64,000 nucleotides of DNA. Origin: an uncultured Rickettsiales bacterium (lineage in GTDB: Bacteria; Myxococcota_A; UBA796; UBA9615). Positions 39,754 through 48,072 of the stretch are shown in pieces. The number at the start of each line of letters is the position of its first letter. The first letter of the stretch is position 1. A model generated the notes under the pieces. The model did not search any database. It was not told the DNA's origin and saw nothing but the letters and a program-made list of their open reading frames with translations. The position numbers were made by a program, and so were the translations under genes. Location: positions 5,323-69,322 of the forward strand of contig CAZUHI010000040.1 of the NCBI GenBank assembly GCA_964620495.1, in the 5' to 3' direction.

Positions 39754-40382
39754 CCGTCGACCTCCACCGAGACGGACGGCAGGGCCTCCTCGACCACCGG
39801 GGCGAAGCTCCCGAAGAACGCACGGACGGACGCGGGATCGGTCGCCTCGAAGGTCACGACCGTCTCCGCGGGGTCCGTCAGATCGACCGTGAACGCACGG
39901 ATCCCTCGCGTGGCGACCAGGGTCGGCCTCGGGGTGCCGCGCCACACGTCGTCGTCCTCGTCGCGCACCAGGTCGAAGAACTGCAGCAGCCCCGGGCGGC
40001 GGCGCGCGGCGTCCCCCCCGAGCATCTCGACCCACTCGTCGCCGATCGTGAGGACGGCGAAGCGCGGCGTGGTCGCTCGGGCGCCCTCGTAGATCCCGGC
40101 CCGCACCGCGCTCGGGTCGCCCGGGTGGCGATACCGCACGGAGACCTCGGACACCGGGGACGTCGCCGGACGACGCAGCGCGAAGGCGACGTTCAGCGTG
40201 GGGTAGGCGAGCACCGGGAGGACGTGGACGTTGAACCACCCGAACTTCGCGACGTAGGCGCGCAGGTGCGGGGAAGAACGCAGCGGCCGCGTCAGCCACA
40301 GCCCCGCGGCGACGTGCAGGAGGACCGCGGCGGCGAGGACCGCCGGGAGGTGTTCGATGCCGATCAGCCGCCGAGGCCCCAC
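39750..40382 (-). CDS. Membrane-anchored hypothetical protein
   Basis: N-terminal TM (HLPAVLAAAVLLHVAAGLWL), then a ~170-aa soluble domain with coding-like composition. The start is uncertain: either GTG at 40382 (19-nt overlap with the upstream gene) or CTG at 40367 (CTGA overlap). Confidence 0.5.
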   Translation of the reverse strand: MGPRRLIGIEHLPAVLAAAVLLHVAAGLWLTRPLRSSPHLRAYVAKFGWFNVHVLPVLAYPTLNVAFALRRPATSPVSEVSVRYRHPGDPSAVRAGIYEGARATTPRFAVLTIGDEWVEMLGGDAARRRPGLLQFFDLVRDEDDDVWRGTPRPTLVATRGIRAFTVDLTDPAETVVTFEATDPASVRAFFGSFAPVVEEALPSVSVEVDG

Positions 40383-41197
40383 ACGCCGGGGCACACCGAG
40401 CACTCGATGACGTCCCACTCGATGCCCGCGCCGCCGAGCGACACCTCGAACCCGAGCAGCCCCACGAACCCGCGGACCCGCTGGGTGCCGACGGGCGAGC
40501 CCCCCTCCTGCAGCTCGTTCTCGAGCGCGTCGATGAACTGCCCGTCGGGGAGCTGGTGGCTGCCCTCCGTGATCGTCTCGGCGCTGAAGTTGAAGCCGTC
40601 GACGTCGGTGAAGAACCACCCCGTCTCGTAGGTCTCGCCGACGAGATCCGTGGCGAGCTTCGCGCGCTTGAAGATGACCTGCCCCTGGCCGTCGGACACC
40701 TGGTCGCCGAAGGGATCGTGCACGACCGTCCGCAGCCACTTCATCTCGCCCGTGCCGTCGAGGCCGACCCAGTGCGTGGAGTTCTGGCCCAGGGCCCGGT
40801 CCACCAGGATCTCGAAGGCCGCCATGTCTGCGTCCCAGGCGGCGTCCAGCGACGGTCCGCCGCGGCGGGAGAGGACCTGCACGATCACGTCGTCCACCAC
40901 CGGGTCGCCGCCCCCGGCGTCCACCGTCTCCGTGTAGCGCCACCGGTTGCCGACCCCCAGGGCGAACCACTGCTCCTCCTCGGGGTACGACGGCCCGGGA
41001 TCGACCGCGTCGTCGTCGTCCGTCGCGTCGTCGTCGTCCACCGCGTCGTCGTCGTCCACCGCGTCGTCGTCGTCGTCCACGGGGTTGAAGCCGTCGTCGT
41101 CGTCGTCGGACGGCGCTGGGGTTTCGAACGTGGGGCACGCGACCATGGCCAGCAGGGCGACACAGGGCGCGGCGATGAGGGCAGTAGTGCGAGACAT
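40364..41197 (-). CDS. Lipoprotein with long poly-Asp tether, unknown function
   Basis: 277-aa ORF. Lipobox LLAMVAC. The tether reads DDDDDGFNPVDDDDDAVDDDDAVDDDDATDDDDAVD. A globular domain follows. Confidence 0.7.
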   Translation of the reverse strand: MSRTTALIAAPCVALLAMVACPTFETPAPSDDDDDGFNPVDDDDDAVDDDDAVDDDDATDDDDAVDPGPSYPEEEQWFALGVGNRWRYTETVDAGGGDPVVDDVIVQVLSRRGGPSLDAAWDADMAAFEILVDRALGQNSTHWVGLDGTGEMKWLRTVVHDPFGDQVSDGQGQVIFKRAKLATDLVGETYETGWFFTDVDGFNFSAETITEGSHQLPDGQFIDALENELQEGGSPVGTQRVRGFVGLLGFEVSLGGAGIEWDVIECSVCPGVWGLGG

Positions 41198-41259
41198 GAC
41201 GAAATCTTAACGGAGGTGCCCGGGCGTTCCCCCGGCGGGATCTGCTATCTGGGAGGGCC

Positions 41260-42945
41260 ATGTCCATTCGAAGGTCTCTTCTCTTCCCGCTCCTCGCCCT
41301 CGGCCTGGTCGCCGCGTGCCCCCAACCGACCCCGCGGGGCGACGACGACGACTCGGGCTCCGCCGACCTGGGCGACGACGACGACGCCGGGGACGACGAC
41401 GACGATCCCGGCGCGATCTGCGACCAGCTCGAGCTCCCGCGCCGCGCGTTCCACGAGGGCCCCTACGGCGGCCTGCGCCACGACGTGGCCGAGGACTTCA
41501 CCGTGCGGACCAAGCGCGGAGAGTTCTGGAACCTCCGCGAGCAGTTCTCGGGCTGCGAGTCGTACATCTTCCTCATGGACAACCTCACGGTGTCCCCCAA
41601 CGACCCGACGCCGCTGATCGAGAAGACCGACGACCTCGCCGAGCTGGTGCGGCGCTCCCCGCCGAACGTGCACTACTTCTTCATCTCCCGGGCCGACTCG
41701 GGCGCGGCGGAGAACGAGGTCACCGACGCCCTGCGCGCGCGGCTGGACGGGCTCCTGAAAGACTGGCCCGAGGACATGGAGGAGGACGCCGCCCACTGGG
41801 ACGCGCGCCTCCACGTGGTGAACGACCGCCTCTGGAACATGGACAACTGGCTCGACAACGCCCTCGGGACGCACGGCGCCCGAGGCCTCGCCGTCGATCG
41901 TCTCCAGACGGTGCGGGGCGTGGGCAGCCTCGCGGACGTCCTGCGTCGAGACAACACCCTGCAGTGGCCGTGGGAGGACAACATCGCCTACGCCGCTCAC
42001 GAGGCGCAGTACTACAACTACGAGGCCGACCGGCAGGACCGCCTGGACGCCGAGCAGAACGTCACCATCGTGACGCCCTGGGACGGCGAGATCCTTCAGG
42101 AGTTCGAGGACACCGACGTCGAGTTCCCGGACGCGGCGGCGATGGCGGGCTTCGACACGCTGGAGATCGACCTCACGGCCTGGTGCCCCAACGAGTTCCT
42201 GCTCGAGCAGAGCAACTGCGGCGCCTGGGACTACCTGGCCCACATCCATGTGCGCGACGAGGCGGACGAGAACTGGATCGAGATGGCCCGGTTCATCACG
42301 ACGTACCACCGCGCCGGCCGCTACGTCGTGGACGCCACGCCCGCCCTCGTGGAGCTGGCGAGCGGCGGCACGCGCCGCATCCGCTACAGCTTCGCGCCGT
42401 CCTGGAACGTGCAACCCACGTGGACGAAGCTCGACTTCCGCTTCAGCAACCGCGGCAAGGGCCACCGGCCCACCGAGTCGACGTTCCTGTTCTCCGGAGG
42501 CGGCTTCAACCCGAGCTACAACGAGGGCCGCGAGCCGATCGAGGTGGCCGTGCCCGCGTCGGCGGCGAAGGTCGAGCTGGTCGCGATCATCACGGGCCAC
42601 GGCGCAGCGGACGGCAACCAGTGCGCCGAGTTCTGCGACCACCAACACGCCTTCACCGTCAACGGCACCGAGCACGTCAAGACCCACCCCGCGATCGGCA
42701 ACCCCGAGGGCTGCCTGGAGACCATCGGCACGGGCACCGTCCCCAACCAGAGCGGCACCTGGTGGACCGGACGAGGCGGCTGGTGCCCCGGCCGGCAGGT
42801 CGATCCCTGGGTCGTGGACGTCACCGACATCGTCACCCCCGGCGAGACCGCCACCATCGAATACCGAGCCCTGTGGGACGGACGGAATCCCCCCGCCGAC
42901 GGCGGCAACATCGTCCTGACCTCCTGGCTCGTGGTCTACGAGTAA
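41260..42945 (+). CDS. Lipoprotein with poly-Asp tether and C-terminal PNGase F C-terminal-like domain
   Basis: 561-aa ORF preceded by GGGAGGG. Lipobox LGLVAAC. The C-terminal region (ITGHGAADGNQCAEFCDHQHAFTVNG...WWTGRGGWCPGRQVDPW) resembles, from memory, the peptide-N-glycosidase F C-terminal domain family. Confidence 0.65.
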   Translation: MSIRRSLLFPLLALGLVAACPQPTPRGDDDDSGSADLGDDDDAGDDDDDPGAICDQLELPRRAFHEGPYGGLRHDVAEDFTVRTKRGEFWNLREQFSGCESYIFLMDNLTVSPNDPTPLIEKTDDLAELVRRSPPNVHYFFISRADSGAAENEVTDALRARLDGLLKDWPEDMEEDAAHWDARLHVVNDRLWNMDNWLDNALGTHGARGLAVDRLQTVRGVGSLADVLRRDNTLQWPWEDNIAYAAHEAQYYNYEADRQDRLDAEQNVTIVTPWDGEILQEFEDTDVEFPDAAAMAGFDTLEIDLTAWCPNEFLLEQSNCGAWDYLAHIHVRDEADENWIEMARFITTYHRAGRYVVDATPALVELASGGTRRIRYSFAPSWNVQPTWTKLDFRFSNRGKGHRPTESTFLFSGGGFNPSYNEGREPIEVAVPASAAKVELVAIITGHGAADGNQCAEFCDHQHAFTVNGTEHVKTHPAIGNPEGCLETIGTGTVPNQSGTWWTGRGGWCPGRQVDPWVVDVTDIVTPGETATIEYRALWDGRNPPADGGNIVLTSWLVVYE

Positions 42946-42973
42946 GCTCCCCTCTCCGAAACGAAGGAACCCC

Positions 42974-43570
42974 ATGTCTCCGATCCGCACGACCCTCCTC
43001 CTGTCCGCGTTCCTCGCCCTGCTGTTCGCCGGGGGCGCCTGCGAAGGCAGCGCCATCATCGGCGGGGACGACGACGACGCGACCGACGACGACGACGCGA
43101 CCGACGACGACGACGCGGGCGACGACCTCTGCGGCCCCGAGCCCGAGCTCGACGAAGACGGCGTCGTCTACGGCGGCGAGGTGGTGATCTCCGGCAGCGG
43201 CGAGGACGCCACGTGGCGGGGCTGCGAGGTCGAGCACTGGATCGAGGACGACGAGGTCGAGTGCGTGGAGGTCTACGCGGTGACCGGCGAGGTCCGCCGG
43301 GTCACGGACGGCGGCACGATCTTCGCGCTGTCGTTCACCTACGATCCCGGCGAGTCGACCTGCGGCGAGGGCGAGGACTACACCACCTCCTACCGGGTCT
43401 CCTACCGCGGCGACACCGCGATCCTCGCCTACCGGTGGGGCCGGGGACAGCCCTGGGAGGAGTTCGCCGAGTCCGAGTTCGAAGAGACCGCCCTGGGCGT
43501 GTCCTTCGAGTACCTCAGCGAGGCGTTCGAGTGGGACGGCGACGACGAGCCCGGCAACGGCGGGTTCTGA
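42974..43570 (+). CDS. Lipoprotein with poly-Asp tether, unknown function
   Basis: 198-aa ORF. Lipobox LLFAGGAC. The tether reads DDDDATDDDDATDDDDAGDD. The body is acidic. Its stop abuts the stop of the convergent gene (TGATCA). Confidence 0.65.
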   Translation: MSPIRTTLLLSAFLALLFAGGACEGSAIIGGDDDDATDDDDATDDDDAGDDLCGPEPELDEDGVVYGGEVVISGSGEDATWRGCEVEHWIEDDEVECVEVYAVTGEVRRVTDGGTIFALSFTYDPGESTCGEGEDYTTSYRVSYRGDTAILAYRWGRGQPWEEFAESEFEETALGVSFEYLSEAFEWDGDDEPGNGGF

Positions 43571-44455
43571 TCAATACACCGCGGAGACGTTGATCGAGAC
43601 CACCGGCCCGCCCGTCTGGCGGACGATGGGGCCGAGGCCTCCCGCGATCGAGAAGCCCAGGAACCAGTGTTCGCCGAGGGCGCGGTCGTACTCGATCGTG
43701 AACCCGGCGTAGTTCGTGCCGTTGCCGATGCCGCTCACGCTGTCGTGCCGGGGCGCGGTGCCGTTGCCGACGGGGTGATGTCCGCCCAGCTTGAGGCGCA
43801 GCGAGCCCCTCTGGGCGGCCCCCACCCGGCGGCCCACCTCGGCGTTCCAGACCACCACCGTGTCCCACCCGCCGCTGCGGATCTTCACGCCCGCGCCCCC
43901 CGACACGTACATGCGGCCGAACCCCGCGCCCACGGAGAAGGCGGGCGTCACGTCCCACACCCCGGCGCCGGTGCGCAGCTCGGCGATGCGGGGGTTGCCG
44001 TCGACCACGCTGTACACGTCGTCCACGACGTCGTTGTTCAGGAGCGGGAACGTCACCCCGACCTCCGCCCCCACGGCGACGGGGCCCTTCTTGAGGACGT
44101 TGGCGCGGAGCCCGAGCGTGGGCTCGCCCACCGCGGCGTGCACCCGCGTCTCGCCGTCCCGGGGGTCCGTGAGGACGAACAGCTTCGCGGGCTCCCAGTG
44201 CACCCAGAACGCCGTGCGCGGAGCCAGCCCGTGCTCCCAGTACGTGCCCAGGAAGACCTCGTTGTAGGGGCCGTAGACGACCCGCGCCTCCTCGGTGGAC
44301 GCGTCGGCGAACTCGGGGCCCGGGTTCCACAGGAAGGCCGGCAGCCAGCGGGCGGAGAGCTTGACGTACCCGTGGTTCGGCTCGGGGACCCAGGGCCCGG
44401 CCTCGGCGGGGGCCGCGACGCAGACCAGCAGGGCCGTGAGGAGGAGCGCCCTCAC
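43571..44455 (-). CDS. Outer-membrane beta-barrel protein (last gene of the long operon)
   Basis: GTG at 44455 gives VRALLLTALLVCVAAPAEA (signal peptide) and overlaps the upstream stop (GTGA). Shows alternating beta-strand patterns. The C-terminal residues ...INVSAVY end in an aromatic residue, as in OMPs. Confidence 0.65.
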   Translation of the reverse strand: MRALLLTALLVCVAAPAEAGPWVPEPNHGYVKLSARWLPAFLWNPGPEFADASTEEARVVYGPYNEVFLGTYWEHGLAPRTAFWVHWEPAKLFVLTDPRDGETRVHAAVGEPTLGLRANVLKKGPVAVGAEVGVTFPLLNNDVVDDVYSVVDGNPRIAELRTGAGVWDVTPAFSVGAGFGRMYVSGGAGVKIRSGGWDTVVVWNAEVGRRVGAAQRGSLRLKLGGHHPVGNGTAPRHDSVSGIGNGTNYAGFTIEYDRALGEHWFLGFSIAGGLGPIVRQTGGPVVSINVSAVY

Positions 44456-45438
44456 GCGGCGCCCTCCCCGAAGCGATCGCCCGTCGCCACCACCCGGAAC
44501 TCGTCCATGGAGGCCTTGGCGGTGCCGTCGTAGTACTGCAGCCCGAAGTGCCGCTCCTGGGCGGGGGGCCAGTACCCGAGGATGGGGTCGGGGTGGGCCT
44601 GGTCCCGCAGCGACCACCAGTGGAACCCGAGCGCGCCCCCGGCGACGGCCTCCCGGGCGGCGGCCTCGAGGAACTCGCGCTGCCGGCGGGGGCTGAACAT
44701 GGCGCGGTGGGTCGGGTAGCCGATGCGCCCGATCTCGAGGTCCGGCGCCTCCTTCGCCCAGGGCCCGGCGGCGAAGACGTCGCGGGCTTCCCCGAGGGCC
44801 TCTCCCACGCGCTCCGCCATCGTCGGATCGGGGAGAACGAAGCAGGGGCGCAGGGAGAGCCCGAGGCGATCGACCCGGATGCCCGCCGCGAGCCAGCGAC
44901 GAAGCTCGACCTTCCACCCCGGCATCGAGGCGTGCACCGTCGTGCGGATCGAAGCGTCGGGCCTCGCGGCGCGCACGGCGTCCACCGACGCACGCAGCAG
45001 CCGCAGCCGGAACTCCGTGCGGCGCCAGGCCTTCCCGCGGCGGCGCCGCGTCACGAGCGACTCGTAGTGGGGCGCGGCGTTGAGCTCGTCCTCCACTCGG
45101 AACGTGTCGACCCACTCGAGGCGGCTGGCGGCGTCACCGCAGTAGGCCGCGAACCGCTCGACGTACTCGTCGTGGTCGGCGCCGCCGTCGTTGAGGACCG
45201 CGTCGGGCACCAGGTGGGGCATGCCCGGACCCAGGGCCGCTTGGACGGGGATCCCGGAGGCGCGGATGGGATCGAGGAAGTGATCGAGCGGACCCCACTC
45301 CCGGGGCCCCGGCGCGAGCCCCCCGATCCAGCGCCAGGGGACGTGGACGGTGACGCGGTTCACGCCGTTGCGCGCCAGCTCCCGGAGCTGCGCGGGCGTG
45401 ACGGGGCGGAGGACGTGGACCCCCCACTCGGTGGACAC
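44452..45438 (-). CDS. TIM-barrel glycoside-hydrolase-like protein (clan GH-A-like)
   Basis: GTG at 45438, 5 nt after the folE stop. Shows NGVNRVTVHVPW..., FRVEDELNAA (candidate acid/base Glu) and LEIGRIGYP (candidate nucleophile). The family assignment is tentative. Confidence 0.55.
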   Translation of the reverse strand: MSTEWGVHVLRPVTPAQLRELARNGVNRVTVHVPWRWIGGLAPGPREWGPLDHFLDPIRASGIPVQAALGPGMPHLVPDAVLNDGGADHDEYVERFAAYCGDAASRLEWVDTFRVEDELNAAPHYESLVTRRRRGKAWRRTEFRLRLLRASVDAVRAARPDASIRTTVHASMPGWKVELRRWLAAGIRVDRLGLSLRPCFVLPDPTMAERVGEALGEARDVFAAGPWAKEAPDLEIGRIGYPTHRAMFSPRRQREFLEAAAREAVAGGALGFHWWSLRDQAHPDPILGYWPPAQERHFGLQYYDGTAKASMDEFRVVATGDRFGEGAA

Positions 45439-45443
45439 GTGGA

Positions 45444-46031
45444 TCAGCTGCGCTGCGAGCCGTCGAGGACGGCGCGCCGGAGGTCTGCGTCGTCGGCGAA
45501 GCAGCCCAGGAACGCCGTGGACTCGATGCGACAGGGACGCCGGACGCCCCGGGCGAACACGCACATGGGGACGGCGTCGATGACGCAGGCGGCGCCCGCG
45601 GGGGCCAGGACCTGCATGAGCGTCTCGGCGACGTCGCGCGTGAGCCACTCCTGCAGCGTGAGCCGGTGGGCCACCGCGTCGAGCAACCGGACGATGCCGG
45701 AGAAGCCGATGGCGAGGCCGTCGGGCACATAGCCGATCGTCGCGCGGCCCTGGTAGGGCATGAGGTGGTGGGGGCAGGACGAGAAGAACTCGATGTCCTT
45801 CACGAGGACGAGATCGTCGGCCGTCTCGGGGAAGGGCTCGCCCAGGGCGGTGGCGGGCGAGGCCGAGTAGCCCTCGAGCAGGTCCGCCGCCCACGCCTCC
45901 GCGACCCGCGCGCCGGAGCGACGCAGGTGGGGGTTGGACGTGTCGAAGCCGGCCGCCTGGAGGAAGGTGTCGATGGCCGCGGCCATCGCCTCGGGGTCGG
46001 CGTCGCGGACGCGGGGGATGCGGTTCGTCAC
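45444..46031 (-). CDS. folE: GTP cyclohydrolase I
   Basis: 195-aa ORF with FFSSCPHHLMPYQGRATIGYVP and ...SGIVRLLDAVAHRLTLQE.... The GTG start overlaps the upstream stop (GTGA). Confidence 0.9.
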   Translation of the reverse strand: MTNRIPRVRDADPEAMAAAIDTFLQAAGFDTSNPHLRRSGARVAEAWAADLLEGYSASPATALGEPFPETADDLVLVKDIEFFSSCPHHLMPYQGRATIGYVPDGLAIGFSGIVRLLDAVAHRLTLQEWLTRDVAETLMQVLAPAGAACVIDAVPMCVFARGVRRPCRIESTAFLGCFADDADLRRAVLDGSQRS

Positions 46032-46438
46032 ACGACCTCCGCGGTCGAAGGGTGCGCCTGGGGGCGCCCCGGGGTGAGGAGCGCCTCCGGCACCGGTTCT
46101 CCCCGGTACACGACCCGGCAGTCGTCGGTCTCCCAGAGTCGGAGCTCGGTGAGCGACGGCAGGTCGGGGCGCAGGCGTCGCCAGAACCAGACCACGATCG
46201 CCTCCGCCGTGGGGTTCTCGAGCACGTCGTTGAAGCAGCTGCCGTCGGCCTCGCTGACCACTCCGCCGGCCGCGGCCTCCACGTCGTGGAAGTCGACGAC
46301 CATGCCGGAGTCCCCCGACGGGGTCCCCGACACCACCACCTCGAGCCGGTAGGAGTGGCCGTGCATGCGGAAGCAGCGCCCCACGTAGCGGGGCAGTCGG
46401 TGCGCCGCGCTGAAGCGGAAGTCGACGACGAGATCCAC
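46028..46438 (-). CDS. 6-pyruvoyl-tetrahydropterin / 6-carboxy-tetrahydropterin synthase family (PTPS/QueD)
   Basis: 136-aa ORF with FRFSAAHRL and C-x3-HGH (RCFRMHGHSY). Subfamily (QueD vs PTPS) cannot be decided by eye. Confidence 0.85.
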   Translation of the reverse strand: MDLVVDFRFSAAHRLPRYVGRCFRMHGHSYRLEVVVSGTPSGDSGMVVDFHDVEAAAGGVVSEADGSCFNDVLENPTAEAIVVWFWRRLRPDLPSLTELRLWETDDCRVVYRGEPVPEALLTPGRPQAHPSTAEVV

Positions 46439-46442
46439 GGGG

Positions 46443-48053
46443 TCAGCCCGGCTCGGCCCGGAACAGCTGCTCGAAGCCCTCGGTCTTCACCCCACGGGTC
46501 GTGAGCACGAAGCGATCCTCCGAGGTGAGGGAGCGGACCTCGATGCGGTGCGGCCAGGCACCGTCCCGGACCGGGCGGAGGTCGCCCGGGAGCACGCTGA
46601 CCACGGCGGCCCCTCGATGGAAGAGGCGGTCCTCGAGCACCGCCCCGCTCTCCGGGGCGAGGCGAAGGGCCCGCACCACGGCGTCGCCGTCCAGCTCCTG
46701 GAGGACCGCGCAGGCGCCCGGCTCCCAGCGCACCGACGCCGTCGCGGCGGGCGTCTTCAGGAGCGATACGAGCGCTGCGGGCTCGATCGTGCCCTCGGGG
46801 ACCTCGAGATCCGGGGCGCCGGTGCCGGACTCGGACGTGCTCTCCGTGGGGAGGTCGAGCTTCCAGCGCCCCTCCGCCTCGAGGTAGTCGAGCAGCGGCG
46901 TCGCCGCGGGACCGGCCACCAGCCGCACCCGCAGCTCGCCGGCCGCCCCCAGGGCGATGACTCCGTGCAGGCGCTCGCGCCGCGCGCCGATCTCCACCTG
47001 GACCTCCTGCTGGGCCAGCATCGGCACGATCGCCGCGCGCCGGTCGCGGAGGTCCTGCAGGGCGGCCCCGGCGTCGCCTCCGCCGGGCCAGTCCGCCTGC
47101 GCGACGCAGGGCTCTTCGGGGGGGGGCGCGACCGCCACCTGCTTCTGGCAGCCCGTCGCCGCGACCATCGTCACGAGGCCCGCCCCCAGGGCGAGCATCA
47201 AGGGCGACATCGTGGGCGGCGCGTAGCCGCTGCCGAGGCCGAGGCGGTCGCGGATCTTCGAGAGCGCGACGAGAGGCACGAACTCGCGCAGCAGGGTCAC
47301 CGCCGCCCGGTTGCACGTGGGCATCACCCGCTGGGGGGTCGCGGGGACCTCCACCTCGACCGTGGGCGTGCCCGCCTTCACGGCGAGGGCCAGCAGCTCC
47401 ATGTGGATGCCGATGCCGTTCTGGCGCAGGCGACGTCGCAGGACGGGCTGCAGGGGGAGGATTCGGGGGCCTCCCCAGGGGTGGGCGTAGCGCGTCTCCA
47501 CCACCGCCTCGAACACGTCCTCGACCCGCCCGTGCAGGCCGGGCGAGCGCGGGGGGCGGAAGTCGGGGTACGGGGGGGGCTCATCGCCGCGCGCGATGGC
47601 GGCCGCCTCGTCCCACTCCTTGCCCGCGATGGCTTCTCCCGGCCCGACGGCCAGCAGGATGGCCTCGGGCGCCCCCAGGTGGGCCGCGGCGAGGCCGTCC
47701 ACGACCTCCGGGGACAGGACCTCCTTGCGGGGGACAAGCGCGCCGATGAAGCCCAGCTCCCGCGCGAGGCGGAGCCCGGCCTTGAGCGCGGCGCCCTCTC
47801 CGGCGGGCGCGGGCAGCGTGAGGACCCTCGCCCCGGCCGCCTCGGCGACGCCCGAGGTCCCGTCGGTGCTCCCGTCGTCCACCACCACGACGTCCGCGCA
47901 GCGGTGGCGCAGGGCCTCGATCTGAGCGACCACCGTGGCGGCCTCGTCCCGGGGCGTGAGGACGCCGCACAGCCCGTCGAGGACCCCGTCGAGCGTGATG
48001 GTCTTGTCCGACGGCGGCGGGATGGGCGTGGTGGGCAGTCGAACTCGGGTCAC
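46443..48053 (-). CDS. Fusion: family-2 glycosyltransferase domain + internal lipobox/TM + periplasmic lipoprotein-like domain (DUF3261/LolB-like by context)
   Basis: GTG at 48053. GT2 signature VVVVDDGSTDGT...AGEGAALKAGL. An in-frame internal MSPLMLALGAGLVTMVAATGC (ATG at 47210) has no stop codon upstream. A ~255-aa beta-rich domain follows. Confidence 0.65.
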   Translation of the reverse strand: MTRVRLPTTPIPPPSDKTITLDGVLDGLCGVLTPRDEAATVVAQIEALRHRCADVVVVDDGSTDGTSGVAEAAGARVLTLPAPAGEGAALKAGLRLARELGFIGALVPRKEVLSPEVVDGLAAAHLGAPEAILLAVGPGEAIAGKEWDEAAAIARGDEPPPYPDFRPPRSPGLHGRVEDVFEAVVETRYAHPWGGPRILPLQPVLRRRLRQNGIGIHMELLALAVKAGTPTVEVEVPATPQRVMPTCNRAAVTLLREFVPLVALSKIRDRLGLGSGYAPPTMSPLMLALGAGLVTMVAATGCQKQVAVAPPPEEPCVAQADWPGGGDAGAALQDLRDRRAAIVPMLAQQEVQVEIGARRERLHGVIALGAAGELRVRLVAGPAATPLLDYLEAEGRWKLDLPTESTSESGTGAPDLEVPEGTIEPAALVSLLKTPAATASVRWEPGACAVLQELDGDAVVRALRLAPESGAVLEDRLFHRGAAVVSVLPGDLRPVRDGAWPHRIEVRSLTSEDRFVLTTRGVKTEGFEQLFRAEPG

Positions 48054-48072
48054 GGAGCGTCCTCGGTGCGGG

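Noticed and set aside
46443-48053. Programmed frameshift or stop read-through as the explanation for the two fused enzyme-carrier ORFs (this one and 53627..55114).
   Set aside because: No stop codon or frame change exists at either junction. The domains are simply contiguous in one frame, so recoding need not be invoked. Assembly error remains to be excluded.
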